Part shown: positions 32,601-42,300 of the stretch, piece by piece
Numbering within the stretch: position 1 is the first letter of the stretch
Layout: each line of letters starts with the position of its first letter
Assembly (NCBI GenBank): GCA_001643675.2
Contig: LSRY02000009.1
Coordinates: 186,001-250,000 of the forward strand
DNA from: Monocercomonoides exilis PA203
Taxonomy: Eukaryota > Protista > Preaxostyla
DNA: 64,000 nt
Direction of reading: 5' to 3'
Made by a program: the position numbers and the translations under genes
The notes under the pieces: model-generated
What the model was told of the DNA's origin: nothing
Database searches by the model: none
What the model saw: only the letters and a program-made list of their open reading frames with translations

Positions 32601-34396
32601 ATTCTTCTCTTTGGATTTTGAATGATGGATGCACACTCGGAGGGATAGCAGGAGAAAGGTCATCGCCTTTCTTCATTCCCAAATTGGAAGATGTTTCAGT
32701 GAATGGGAATGGCAGCAATTTTTTAATCAAATTCAAGGGATCTCTATTTGTGCCATGTGACTTGTCATTCAGACTTGTGAGCAAAACAGGGGAAGTGGAG
32801 TTGGTTGAGACATATCCTTTTGAGAAAGATGGTTTTGTATCAGAAAATGAAGTGATTGGAAGAATTCCCTCAGAAAATATTTCAACAATTGGAGACGAAA
32901 CAGAGGTATCTGTGATGATATTGTTTGGGAAACAATTGGTTTCGACTTCTCCGCTGATTCTGAAGAACAAAACAGAATCAAAGACAGGAGATGATAAAGT
33001 TGTTGAAGGAGGGAAAGAAGGGAAATCTTATTGGTTGTTGATTGTGATTGTGCTTGTTGTTTTATTGTTGATTGTTCTCATTGTATCAATAATATTGGAA
33101 ATTCGATGGAGAAATTTAAAAGAAGAAGCAAAAAAATACAAGGAGATTGTTGATGATAATGTTAAGAAGGATCCGAAGGCGATTGAGATGGTGACGATGG
33201 AGATATCGCCTGAGGAGCAGTGGAGAAGAGCAGAGAAAGAGGCAGAAAAGAAAAATGAAGAGAGAATAAAGAAAAGAATAAATGGAAAGGAGATGGTGCA
33301 TTCGGAGTCTGAAGAGTATTTGCTGAGTGAGAGTGGCTCCACTGAATACATCCTTGGAAAAGATTCAGACAAGATTCCAGAGTGGATGCTGGAGAAGGTT
33401 GATGAGAAAGAAGAGACAAGGAAGAGAACACCATCACCATCAATTTCTTCCACTTGTTCAACTGATTCAGATTCAACATTTGTTCGAGGGGAAGATCTGT
33501 GCCCGACCACCTCTTCGATGTCTAATCTGGTAGATGCAATGGCCTGCTCGTCTCCTCATGAAAAACTGATTGTGGATCTGCGAGATTCATTATTCATGTT
33601 GCTTCATGGAAGGAATGAGAAGAAAGAGATAGCAATAGGCACTCTTCAGGAGAGAGAATATACGGCTGCGCAGGTCTTGTTCTGGGTGGTGAATGGAGCA
33701 CTGCACTCATTTGATGAAATGGAAAATCCACTTTCATCCTTAGAAAATTTGAGTCCTCACATTGTGCTGTTCTCAGAGCACATGGTGATCTGCATCGTGA
33801 TGCACTCAGAGTGTTCTTCTGATGACAGTTCAGATTCCTCTTCAATCTCCTCATTGAGTATTGTTTCTTCTTCGTCCAATATTTCGTTGATGAGCGAGAG
33901 ATTCACAGACTCACCTCCTCCTTCATCAGCGTTTGAGGATGATGAAGGATTCAGAAAGGAGTGTTTGAGGTGGAAGGCTCCAGAGCTGCAGATGAACAAG
34001 AAGATGGGAGCGACAAAGGAGTCGGTGACATTCTCGATTGGGATGATGCTGTGGGAGTGTCTGACGCTTCATGTTCCGTTTGGAGAGTATGAGGCGGTGA
34101 TTGCAGGGGAGAAGATTGTGAATGGGGAGAGGCCGAGGCTGGAGCTTGTAGAGGAATCAGATCTGTTTGGGGTGATGCAGAGCTGTCTTTCCGCAAAGGC
34201 TGAGGGGCGACCCGCACTGATGGAGCTGAAACGAACTTTTTTTGGAAAGTTTCCAGCTGAGGCGATGGTGATGACGATGACAGATGCGGTGTGCTGCGAA
34301 GAGTCAGAAGAGTTAGAAGAGTCAGAGGAGAAGGGCATGCAAACAAGGGACAGTCGCCCATCTTCAACGAGCATGAGTGACAAGAAGAAAAAGTGA
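26606..34396 (+). CDS. Giant type I membrane protein (2596 aa): signal peptide, pectin-lyase-like/Pmp-like beta-helix repeats, TM helix, C-terminal degenerate protein-kinase C-lobe
   Basis: Intronless ORF. Repeated F..C....GGAI/GGGI and N.A..G.D.FV motifs are separated by FV....D...CG....PC modules. TM: YWLLIVIVLVVLLLIVLIVSIIL. The tail RWKAPE..SVTFSIGMMLWECLTLHVPF..GERP..C....RP matches kinase subdomains VIII-XI, with no GxGxxG, HRD or DFG. Confidence 0.88.
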   Translation: MSVHLFLFACLLLAGKLMLHDAAQEYFFESQHTRFISQSHNDPVYSNGGNSNDAHFQTNREIKNEERGNIFCYYKGLQQVTSTTIVSFLRLFNSSAGLKNVAIEHSSSQFLLITEKSSVMLDSCISHQKSPTPFHLQSGSIILTNMSILSQKNVYSSSLVFSSKDKNSVVLRNSIISDLAVSSSDNFLVSGKSQSEQINDCSFRNMSAKSSKNSDYYMEHSCFRSSMENCLIYACVNAFEGGISSGSFSSQEFVCKNTTTFYGKREMNALEKKGQMNFTDSQSFSLCEWVDCTAPQGGALFVHDNTNAILTVENCSFERCNSSTKGGAIYALNIAECIVLHSLFSQCTAQITSDFGGGGIMAEFVYVQSMVDDCSFQNCSCGNDGGAIDLRPTKTQRQKKCVINSFFEYCRCNGSTGSAGGAIEHWDCADQVAISNCLFCHCYSMYGGGAIGMLINTNNDGILLFFCFFHNNTCRNAGHDIVLQSSTSNNIDLSCYSTRQTTNRVSTGHHSIVDQSEWLRNDFGRIRFVSSVQTQPNAIDTYSCGINESHPCSTISHCLTQLIPEYVTDIEILTGAITVTKNVDCGTDNFTVYGQSNLGSTIQTELESGSLSLFSVSTGTLTVRDFILVHDSAHANNQASRLFEISGTGEMHTSGLNISVGSGHSTETAFTTELINVQSGMFQMENVNWAKTISTSSLIFLSSENEISLTLSECTFDGIERTTSGAAVMSFSNDKANIDLDSCSFSGCGSTGSENGGSMMLCVGSENEVKVKGGSFDECYCSALNGLGGGILLQLLNESPNFLISSSFGTNTAKWGKDIFVISPNLEVIAKSENITCVTDSLDTIDKVRGYDNGNTSLAIPLCIYLLPTPEEIFVSNSEASDHSHCGIVQFPCLTMKRSLTRLAGAKKVVVNGMILMSDELAFAEQKHEIKGNDDQSGWTVFDSTSSFNSAMITAGVETILSKLIFSLPPSLSSHSTFISSSSSSLTLSHCSVSLQDHSSELGLLFLSVESGILNVDSFTASSITLIENPLISLTGSEINSEFLDAPWLNMTNCTFTEIDRAAGSGGCVNIDNSNDENSNTQINIEECEFDGCSVMDDESRGGAINAQLKGNTQMNVISCTFTGCTAPAEEEKIGFGGGMALELINGFSSFVISSPVFEADKPNVAKYGNDLFVESSNLTKSITNTSLPFVSEHLADISLDSLRGFDGSDKTNAIPLAYFWIALGSELFVGGDGKDVCICGLSDYPCLSIDHSYLRLPEGNERKINVIGKAILKKRVKLSDISIKSDDEEMCSLECLSSLEGAEEAATMISGITNFELIKFVIPSSFASGAKTLLHVGSIDGLLTLKDCSFSKNEENNVEEIMNYGLIKTDGGTVQLEFVSMQFLFFSKDVISVLSTSILNIKNLTMKNIKLDGASGLGISKSSRREKNEVEQDVAIEWSVFEEVTQNTTDDIPIIRNDNDEPLKMVIRNTTMKKCGGTRCGKGGGIFCVLNEGGSFDCSFCTISECFCSSTGRGGWLFLECTSATEQPLNFVLSNITFRDNYAFRGRDVYVRCHSIENQIVDEQFLLDFRLPFVKELAMWGCTTDSFVGEEDLLLRVVKFQSETIFVSSVSENHADSKQCGEFSMPCESLNFGVQHIIPSLYSQLLILGQTIIVGECEAHDVIIRSLQSPSTALVYLNSAITNDGNLITTSENVRIERLNFNFGQSFLYSDSSIIHETNGQLSLSFVDFSSIGQSENIEAAILNSTLLSIENGILHIDNCSVSLLSFKKSLFLFNGDKISLMNVRLEKVEAISNVFEIGQCKEVVFNGVSANGVKLSDGCIIAIQGSTSGTVSIGISSFNNCSRNSEGASVLSASSSSAHLEFSNCSCINCNSLSDKGSVVEAHDMKDVSMDSCRFFGMLAKESETGNMNTITDICQWNGSLVHSLNSSLVMKDVIISKSSSGGLSISSGNVTIEKGEFLNNNPFIEKYPSVRRNIVCSDFASLTISSLKGGDGLMPNSSLWILNDGCTLGGIAGERSSPFFIPKLEDVSVNGNGSNFLIKFKGSLFVPCDLSFRLVSKTGEVELVETYPFEKDGFVSENEVIGRIPSENISTIGDETEVSVMILFGKQLVSTSPLILKNKTESKTGDDKVVEGGKEGKSYWLLIVIVLVVLLLIVLIVSIILEIRWRNLKEEAKKYKEIVDDNVKKDPKAIEMVTMEISPEEQWRRAEKEAEKKNEERIKKRINGKEMVHSESEEYLLSESGSTEYILGKDSDKIPEWMLEKVDEKEETRKRTPSPSISSTCSTDSDSTFVRGEDLCPTTSSMSNLVDAMACSSPHEKLIVDLRDSLFMLLHGRNEKKEIAIGTLQEREYTAAQVLFWVVNGALHSFDEMENPLSSLENLSPHIVLFSEHMVICIVMHSECSSDDSSDSSSISSLSIVSSSSNISLMSERFTDSPPPSSAFEDDEGFRKECLRWKAPELQMNKKMGATKESVTFSIGMMLWECLTLHVPFGEYEAVIAGEKIVNGERPRLELVEESDLFGVMQSCLSAKAEGRPALMELKRTFFGKFPAEAMVMTMTDAVCCEESEELEESEEKGMQTRDSRPSSTSMSDKKKK

Positions 34397-35349
34397 TGGG
34401 TGAAAAGAACAGAGGCAAAGACGATTCATAAAGCTGAGAAGAGATTTTATTATTTTTGTTGTTCTTCACTTTTGTATATTTTTGTTTTTGCATTTGTGTT
34501 TGTTTTTTTTTTTTTTTCGAATTTGTCAATTTCTCTAAATTTTCCGTTTTCTTCACTTTTTGTGTGATTTAACTTTTATGTTGTTGTTGTTTGTACCATT
34601 TGCGTTGTTTGGATTGTTTGGATTGTATGTTCTTTTACAACACCATTTTTGCTGGAGAAGGATCAAAGCAGAATTTTGTGGAGCTTTGCTTCCACACATC
34701 TGCTGATCAATTGTTTTATTATTTCATTCATTCATTCACTTATTCATTCCATTTTATAACTCCCATTTGGTTTTTGGTTGAGCATGTTTTTCGTTCATCT
34801 TCTGTCTTTGAGACGAGAAGAACAAGCCAAGAGCATTGGAAAATGCTTCTTGACAAGCGATCTTGATTCCTTTTGAAAGAAAGTGATCTTCATTTATTTT
34901 TTACAAGTCGATCAATCCTCTTCTCCAGTGACTTAATTATCTTTCATTCATTGATTCATTCATTCATTCATTCATTTCGCATTATATATTCATCACCTGT
35001 TGTATTATTGAGCTTGCCAATTGGATTGGAAAGATAGAAAACAAAGCAATCGAAAACACCAAATTGCATTTTTTTTGTCATTGATGAGTCTTTTGCAAAG
35101 TCCAAAACTTTGAAATTAAATAAGAAAATCGGTTATCTATAAATACCAACAAGATCCACCTCTTCTTATGTGCGGATGTTCAAACAAGACTTTGACTCCC
35201 TCAGAGATAATTTGTTTCTCGTTCAGTTTCCTCTGTTGTTTTCAAAAAGAAACAATGTTTCTCGCATAATGCATTTGACATTTCTTTTATCAAAACCAAA
35301 AACATTGAACATCAACAATCTTCAAATACACTTTTTGAAAACTTGTATC

Positions 35350-38300
35350 TGAAATGGGAGATCATCTCATTTCTCCTCTTAAATAACAAAAGTCTTAGTC
35401 ATCGTTGCTCCTGCCTTCACCCTGGGTTAATCAATATTTTTCCATGAAAGGAAAAAAAGTGGCAATTCAAAAAGCAAATTGTCAGTTTTCTCTTGCTTCA
35501 TTTAATTTCCATTCAATAATTTTCGATAAATTATTTTTTCAAAAGGAAGATATTATGAAAGAAAAATCGAGATCATTTAAACAACAAGTGATTCAATCTC
35601 GACGCTTCTCTCTCCATTCTCCTGACAAACCACACATTCTTTTTCCTATTGTTCTTCATTTGTCCAAAATTCTCAATATTATTTCACCTTTTTTCCCATT
35701 TCTTCCAATTCCTCAGCCACTTTTCATTTTCCACACGAATTTTCATCAATTATTCAGCAAAAGAACTTCATTCTCCTTCATCATTCTTCCAATCTGCTCT
35801 CTTTCTCTCCCTCACCAACTGCACCATTTCCAACATCGATTCATCTCCACAAAACCAGCAGACTGCCACCAATGGCGTGTGCATCTCATTCGCCTCATCT
35901 GCCTCTGACAATTCTTTTTCGGTGAGTAATACCGTCTTCTCCACCTGCTCTGTGAGCGAGGATACAAGTTCTGGAAAAAGAGGCGGAGCTCTTATGATCG
36001 AGTTCAAGGATGATTCAGAAGTGTCAGAATCCTTCTTTTCCATCACCAATATCGTGTTATCAACCAACAAGGCCTGTGTCGGAAGAGATATGTATTTTGT
36101 GTGTGAATCATTTGTCGCTTCTGTGAAAAAGCCCTTATTCGCCTTCATGAGAAGCATATCTGGCAAAAGGGTATTATACCGGAACATTCAAAAACACTTC
36201 CAATCAATTAATAACAATTTATGATAAGTTATTATGCTATTTTGACTTGTAAATTTTGTGCGGAAACTCGTTTAAAAAATTTTTGAAAATTTAAAGATCA
36301 AATAAATTTTCTCAATTTAAGGGAATGATCAACATTTTTTCATTGCTGAACAAAATTTGATCTTGAAAGATAGGGCAATTTCTTTGATGAATCGCGCATT
36401 TTATAAAGATGAGAAAGCGTGGAATTGGTATTTCACAGTGCTGCGAGATGGAATTGCACCAGTGCGCAGAATTTGCAAAATAGAAAAAACTTGAAGAATG
36501 GAAGAAGGATGCAGATATTGTATTTGCACAAGTCACAGAAAATTCAAGAGTTCAATTCATGAAGGAACAGTATTCGAAATTTTGAAAAAGCCCTTTGGAA
36601 TTACTCTGCTTGAATTACTATATCTCTGGTTGAAAATCCCAATCAAAACTGTTTCAATGTTATTGTCCGTGAACATAAAAACTGTATCATATTGGGCTAG
36701 TGTAATGAGGTGCTGTTGCATGCGGATTTGGAACAGAAACCAGCCAAAATCGGAGGAGAGGGGAAGATTGTGGAGATAGACGAAGCAATCAAAAGAAGAA
36801 GGAAATACCATAAGGGAAAAAAGAAGAAATAGATTTGGATTTTTGGAGGAGTCGAAAGGTTGGAAGGTGGAGGAGCAGGAGACAGATTTTTGATGATAGT
36901 CCCAGACAGAACCAAAGATACACTGATTCTAATAATTTTGGATCACATCAAATTCGGAACAAAGATATATTCTGACGAATGGAAAGCTAACCAATGTTTG
37001 AGTACGTTTGGTTATAAACATGAAACAGTCTGCCACAAGCGGGAATTCTTCAAAAAAGTGAATAAGGCTTGCACAAACACAATTGAAGTGTTATGGATGC
37101 ATTTTAAGTGATCTATTTAATAGTTCGTTATGGAATGAAATATCTTGCCGATCAGATAGCAAAATTTTCTTTCTTAAAAGTTCGTTTGAGCTTCAGTTTG
37201 AAGATGTGATGAAAGAATTGATTCATTAATAACCTGTTGAATTGATTGAAGAGGTAAATGAAAATTTTGAAAAAATGGTTGAAGAAAAAATCCTAGATGC
37301 AGATGATATTCTTCCTAAAATTGAAGAAGATGATGATTTAGATCCATTTGGAGCAGGAGACGGAGAAAGTTCGACTTAATATAGCCCTTCAGAATAATTT
37401 TTCGTTACATTTTCAAATAATTTTTTCATTTTGTATATCAATAAATATCATGTCCCAGAATGATTTTTTTGTAAATTTGAAAATTTTTTATTTCAACACA
37501 TAATGATTTTCTCTCTCTGATATTTTTTATTAATAAATATAATCCTATGATAAACACTTTTATCATAAAAAAAAGCCAATTCTGACGTACCGGAATAGTA
37601 CACATTTGCAGCATATCTCTTTAAGATAATTCTATTTTTGGACATGACAGAACAGAAGCATTCTGTGATTAGAATGTCGATTTATTCATATTTCTCAACG
37701 GGCATACAGCTGACAATGAATGCGTGGATGGTCATCTTGGCATCAAAGCAATGAATTGCGAGTTGGAAAAGACTCCCTACAAGAGTGCGCACGATGCGAC
37801 GGGGCTTCTGAAGAAGGTGCAGATCATAAGGCGGAAATCATTTCATGAGCTGACTTGTTGGTGGATTGGTGCAAGTGGAGGCAAAGTCGAAGATATTTGA
37901 AGAGAAGGCACACACAAAAAAATAATAAATTGACTCAAAAACACTTTTGGTGGATTAATCATCACACACCTGTTGTTAATTTGGCTGTTTCATAGAATAT
38001 TTCTTTGATCATTTCTTTCTTTGAAATCGCTTTCCTTCATCGTCTCATCTTCTGCGACATATTGAAGGCGTGTGACGTTGTGTAACCTGCCGAACGCTAT
38101 TTTTGAGCTCATTCATTTCATAAAAGAATTGCTCTAATACTCTTTCTTTTTTATCTGCGCCTCTTTCAGCTTCCAAATAAAAAAAGGCAAAATCGTCCTC
38201 CTTTTTCGATTGCAAGTCTGCTGCTCTGCTTTTCTTGATTCAAAATCATATCTATTCTTATTTAATTTCGGCTTACCTTCCATCTTAGAACAAATATTAA

Positions 38301-38820
38301 TCTTGGCTTTCTGAAAAAAAGTATAGGCAAGTTTTGGACTTGAATTTGAGGAAAGTTGAGCAATTGATAATTTGTAATATTTTTGTTGTTCATCAGAGAA
38401 GGCTTTGAAGAATAAAGAGATTTGAATGAAAAAAAAGATATTATTCATAAAGACTTTTCATTTCAAGAATCTTGAATTGCAAATAAATGAAAAAGTTTTT
38501 TATGTTTTATTTGTCGAAATGAATAAATATTAATGTTAATCAAATTGGCAAAATTTTCAAGATTAATAAATTAATTGTCATTTTATATTCAGCTTGCTGT
38601 AGTTGCAGAAAAATTCTCCGCATCAAGCATAAATCATATTTCTGCATGAATTGGATAACAATGCCATTTTGAATTGTTTCACAATGTAAGAGAATAAAAG
38701 AAGAAATGTTGCAAAGAAAAGGACAATTTATCTCGAAAGCAAAAAATTCACTAACTTTGAATGTTATCAATCAAAGCGGAGAAGATGTGGGACGAAATGT
38801 GTTGCTTAATAATTTTTGTT
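35350..38820 (+). pseudogene. Fragmented pseudogene of the same beta-helix surface-protein family, interrupted by a Merlin element
   Basis: ORF 35649 contains FSTCSV..GKRGGALMI..TNKACVGRDMYFVC. After the insertion the reading continues in frame as SISL*DNSIFGHDRTEAFCD*NVDLFIFLNG...NC. A further GEDVGRNV fragment lies near 38780. Outer limits are approximate. Confidence 0.7.
36162..37610 (+). mobile_element. Merlin (IS1595/ISXO2-like) DNA transposon, 1449 bp, transposase pseudogenised
   Basis: TIR GGCAAAAGGGTATTATACCGGAAC matches the reverse-complemented right end TGCAAATGTGTACTATTCCGGTAC at 18/24. TSD GCATATCT at 36154-36161 and 37611-37618. Transposase motifs GKIVEIDEA, RKYH.G, IWIFGGVER, VPDRTKDTL, GTKIYSDEWK, HETVCH and TNTIE.LW are present with frameshifts and stops. 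Confidence 0.92.
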
Positions 38821-39384
38821 CCACACATAGCTTTTAACTATTTTTCTCAACTTTTTTTCATTTCAATATATTATTTTGCATGAGGATTTTGAAATAACAA
38901 CTATTCGATATTAGAAAAGGTTTGGAACAAATCATTGAATATTTTTTTAATTCAAAAATACTGCACCATGTGAAAAAAAGAACCTGAGTTGGTGAAACTG
39001 TGTACTCATTTTTGAAAAAAAAAATCAAAACTGTTTTTTTCGTTCATTCAATATGAAGGTGATGGTATTTTCTTGATGATTTTTATTCTTTTTTCGATCA
39101 CAAATCCAACTTTTTCATCTGGATACTCAATCATATTGAAACATGTTCGAAAAACATTCATTTATTTCAACAATTACATCTTTGCAATTGGAAAACATTC
39201 AAATACAATGCATTGTCATATTCGTAATGTTGTTAATGATAATGTTTTTATGTGTTTTTCATAATAACATCTTGGTGCATCTTTCTAAAGTGTTGTGCGA
39301 TCTTCAGTTAAAAGATAAAAAAAATTTTTTTAAAGCTGTGAGTAATTACTCAAGAAACTTTTATAATATTTTTTCTTTCTTATT

Positions 39385-42300
39385 AATTCGCAATAGAGCG
39401 AATCAACGAACGCATGGAGCAGGTTTGCCCCTCAATAATGAGTATTGATCACGATTTATGGGTGGTCAAAGATCTAACTTCGCCAATTCTCAAATTCAAA
39501 GAAGATCTTTATTTTCAGCATTAAATATGAAGCAGCAACCTGTTTTGTAAAATACAGAGACGGTGATGGAAAAGAATTTGATCTATTTTTGCCTCTGGAA
39601 AGAGTGGAAAATATTATTCAAGTCTTCACCAGGATCTGTGAATGTTAGACAACATCCGGAATGGAAGATAGTGCACAGCCGAAAGAATTGAACAGAGAAC
39701 CGTGTATTTTGAAGAGAGAATATCAATAACAGAAGTTGCAAAACAGAAAACTGAAATTATGATATTTATGAGATATTTATGCAAAATGAAGATATGTATT
39801 TCAATAGATTTTCAAAGAAAATGAAACTTCAAAATATTTTGATCATTTATTAGGAAAATGAGCTATCAATTGCAGCGAGATATAGTTGAATAAAGAAATC
39901 ACTTGAAACCTCAAGAATCAAAAATGAGAGATCCATATATTACAGTGAGATTATTTTTGAGAAAGAACTAGTTTTCAATTGAAAGATAATTTATTGAAGT
40001 GAAGCTGTGCATTCTCAGAAGATTATTTTAAAAAGAATAAAAATTCAAAATAGAGAAGATTTAAGTGAAGACAAAAGGTGAAAAAGAGCCTCTCATAGCC
40101 GCGGGATATAACATAACAATTTAACTTCAGAAAACTGATAGAATATACAAGGAAGAAGAGCCATGCATAGATGCGAGAAATGAATTAATTCAGCAGTGAT
40201 GAAATGTTGAACATGTTCATGAGAATTTTGACACACATATTACAGCAAGATCGTTATAAAAGAATATTGTTATAATAAAAATTTGTCTCATTGAAATGAA
40301 ATAGAGCATTGTCTCGAAACAACTGCAATGAGCAAAATCGAGTTTAATCGCTTGATCTTGATTGAGGAGAGAGAAAAGAGAGTCGCACCTTTCCGCGAGA
40401 TAGGGATAAGAAGAGAATCAATGAAAAACTAAATAAAGATTAGGGAAAAGAGATGTCTTGTACTGCGAGATATTGATAAATGCAGCAACAAAACATACAC
40501 GCATATATGAAATAAGGATATTTATGAAAATCGAGACACAGATTGCAGCGAGATATTAACAGAAGGATAATTTCATAACAGTTAAAAGATAATTATTTCA
40601 AACGTAGCGGTGCATATTCGAAAGATAGATACAGAGAATAAAACCGCGTTTGATCTCGAGATCATGAGAGAAGAGACAGCAGAGATAGACACGCTTGACA
40701 GTGAGACAGAGAAATGAAAGAGAGAAACCGCGTTCAATCGTGAGACCATGAGAGGAGAGAGAGCAGAGAACCGCACTTCGCAGCGAGATGATAATAGAGA
40801 TAGAAAACTCAGTAAATCGATTGACTTTTGCAAAGGAAATATAAACAAGCTGTGTTGCGACATAATATCAAACAAAAAAGTGAAATATCATTAATTTATA
40901 ATTTGAAATGATACGATTCATTACAAGATAATTAATTACAAAAGGGAAACCGCGAACTGCAACGGGACTGAGTAATAAAAGAGAGATGTGAATTGTCGCG
41001 AGATTATAATGGAATGACAAATAACTTCCGATCGAATGGGTTTGAAGGAAGAGAAAGCTGAGTTTGCTGCGAGATAAGAATAGAAAGAAATTGAGAGAAA
41101 TTTCCATTTGATAATACGATAATAAATAGAACGCTTTAGCGAGATAGGTGCAGATATTGAAACCGCGAAATTTCGCTAGAAAATTGAAGAGGTGAAAGCC
41201 GCGTAAAATCATAAGGAGAATATTGAGCAAGAGGCTGCGGAAGAACCGCGAGATGAGGATATAGAAAGAAGTCGCACAGCACGGCGTGAATAAAATGGAG
41301 GAGGACTCAGCTTATTTCCACGAAATGAGAACGAAGAATAAGATGATGTGCAAGGAGGAAATCAAGAGAGGAATAAAGAAAGCTTCTGGAATTGTAGTCG
41401 AGTACCCAAGAAGGAACTATCAGAATGGGGAACCTCATAGAGTTATTGAAGATCCTCACGAAAGAGCAATTGCTAAAATTTTTATAAGAAGAAGTTGAAG
41501 GACTGAGTGGTGAAGCCCGCGCAGGAGTCGGAGGTGAAGTGGTTCAACCCAACATTCATATTTCGAAAGAAGTGGAAAGTGAAGCTTGTAAAACACCTGT
41601 ACGATTATTTCCTCATGCATTCAGACAGTGATGCACTGAGATTAATCACACAAGAAATAGCCCAGTTCCTGAGAAATCTGGGCTGGATACTGTCGGAGAG
41701 AAACAAAAACTGGAACCCACAAGGAGCGTGAAATTTCTGGGATGGTTGTGGAACTCAGAGAAGATGGAAGTGATGCTCCAAGAGAGGAAGAGAGTGCTGC
41801 TCCTGGAGGTTGTGCGAAAATGGATAGCACATGCAAAGGAAAGAAGGAGATAAAAGACGAGGGACTTAGCAGCACTCCTCGGGAGGCTGAATTTTGTGAG
41901 GTTACAACACCCACCAGTGAGCTTGTGGATGATGCGTTTGCAATACGCGCTGAGGCAGGCGATAGCCCGCGGGGGCTGGAAGGGGACGGAAATAGCCAAC
42001 CCAATGATGTTGGGAGAATTAACACATTGGAGGAAAACCCTTCTTGAGAACAGACCGAGGAGTCCGAAGAGAAGGAACAGGCCAGCAGTGCTAACTACGG
42101 ACGCTTCAGAGCTGAGGTGGGGTGCAGTGTTAACAATACCGAGGGAGAACTAAGAGGAGAAAATATATGTCCACGGAAGTTGGACCCTCCTGGAAAGCAT
42201 GCTTGCAATCAACGAGAAGGAGTACAGAGCAGTGTTGAGGACACAAGGGAAAAAGGAAGCATGACTGCAACAACAGCAGATAGATCATATTCGTCTGAAG

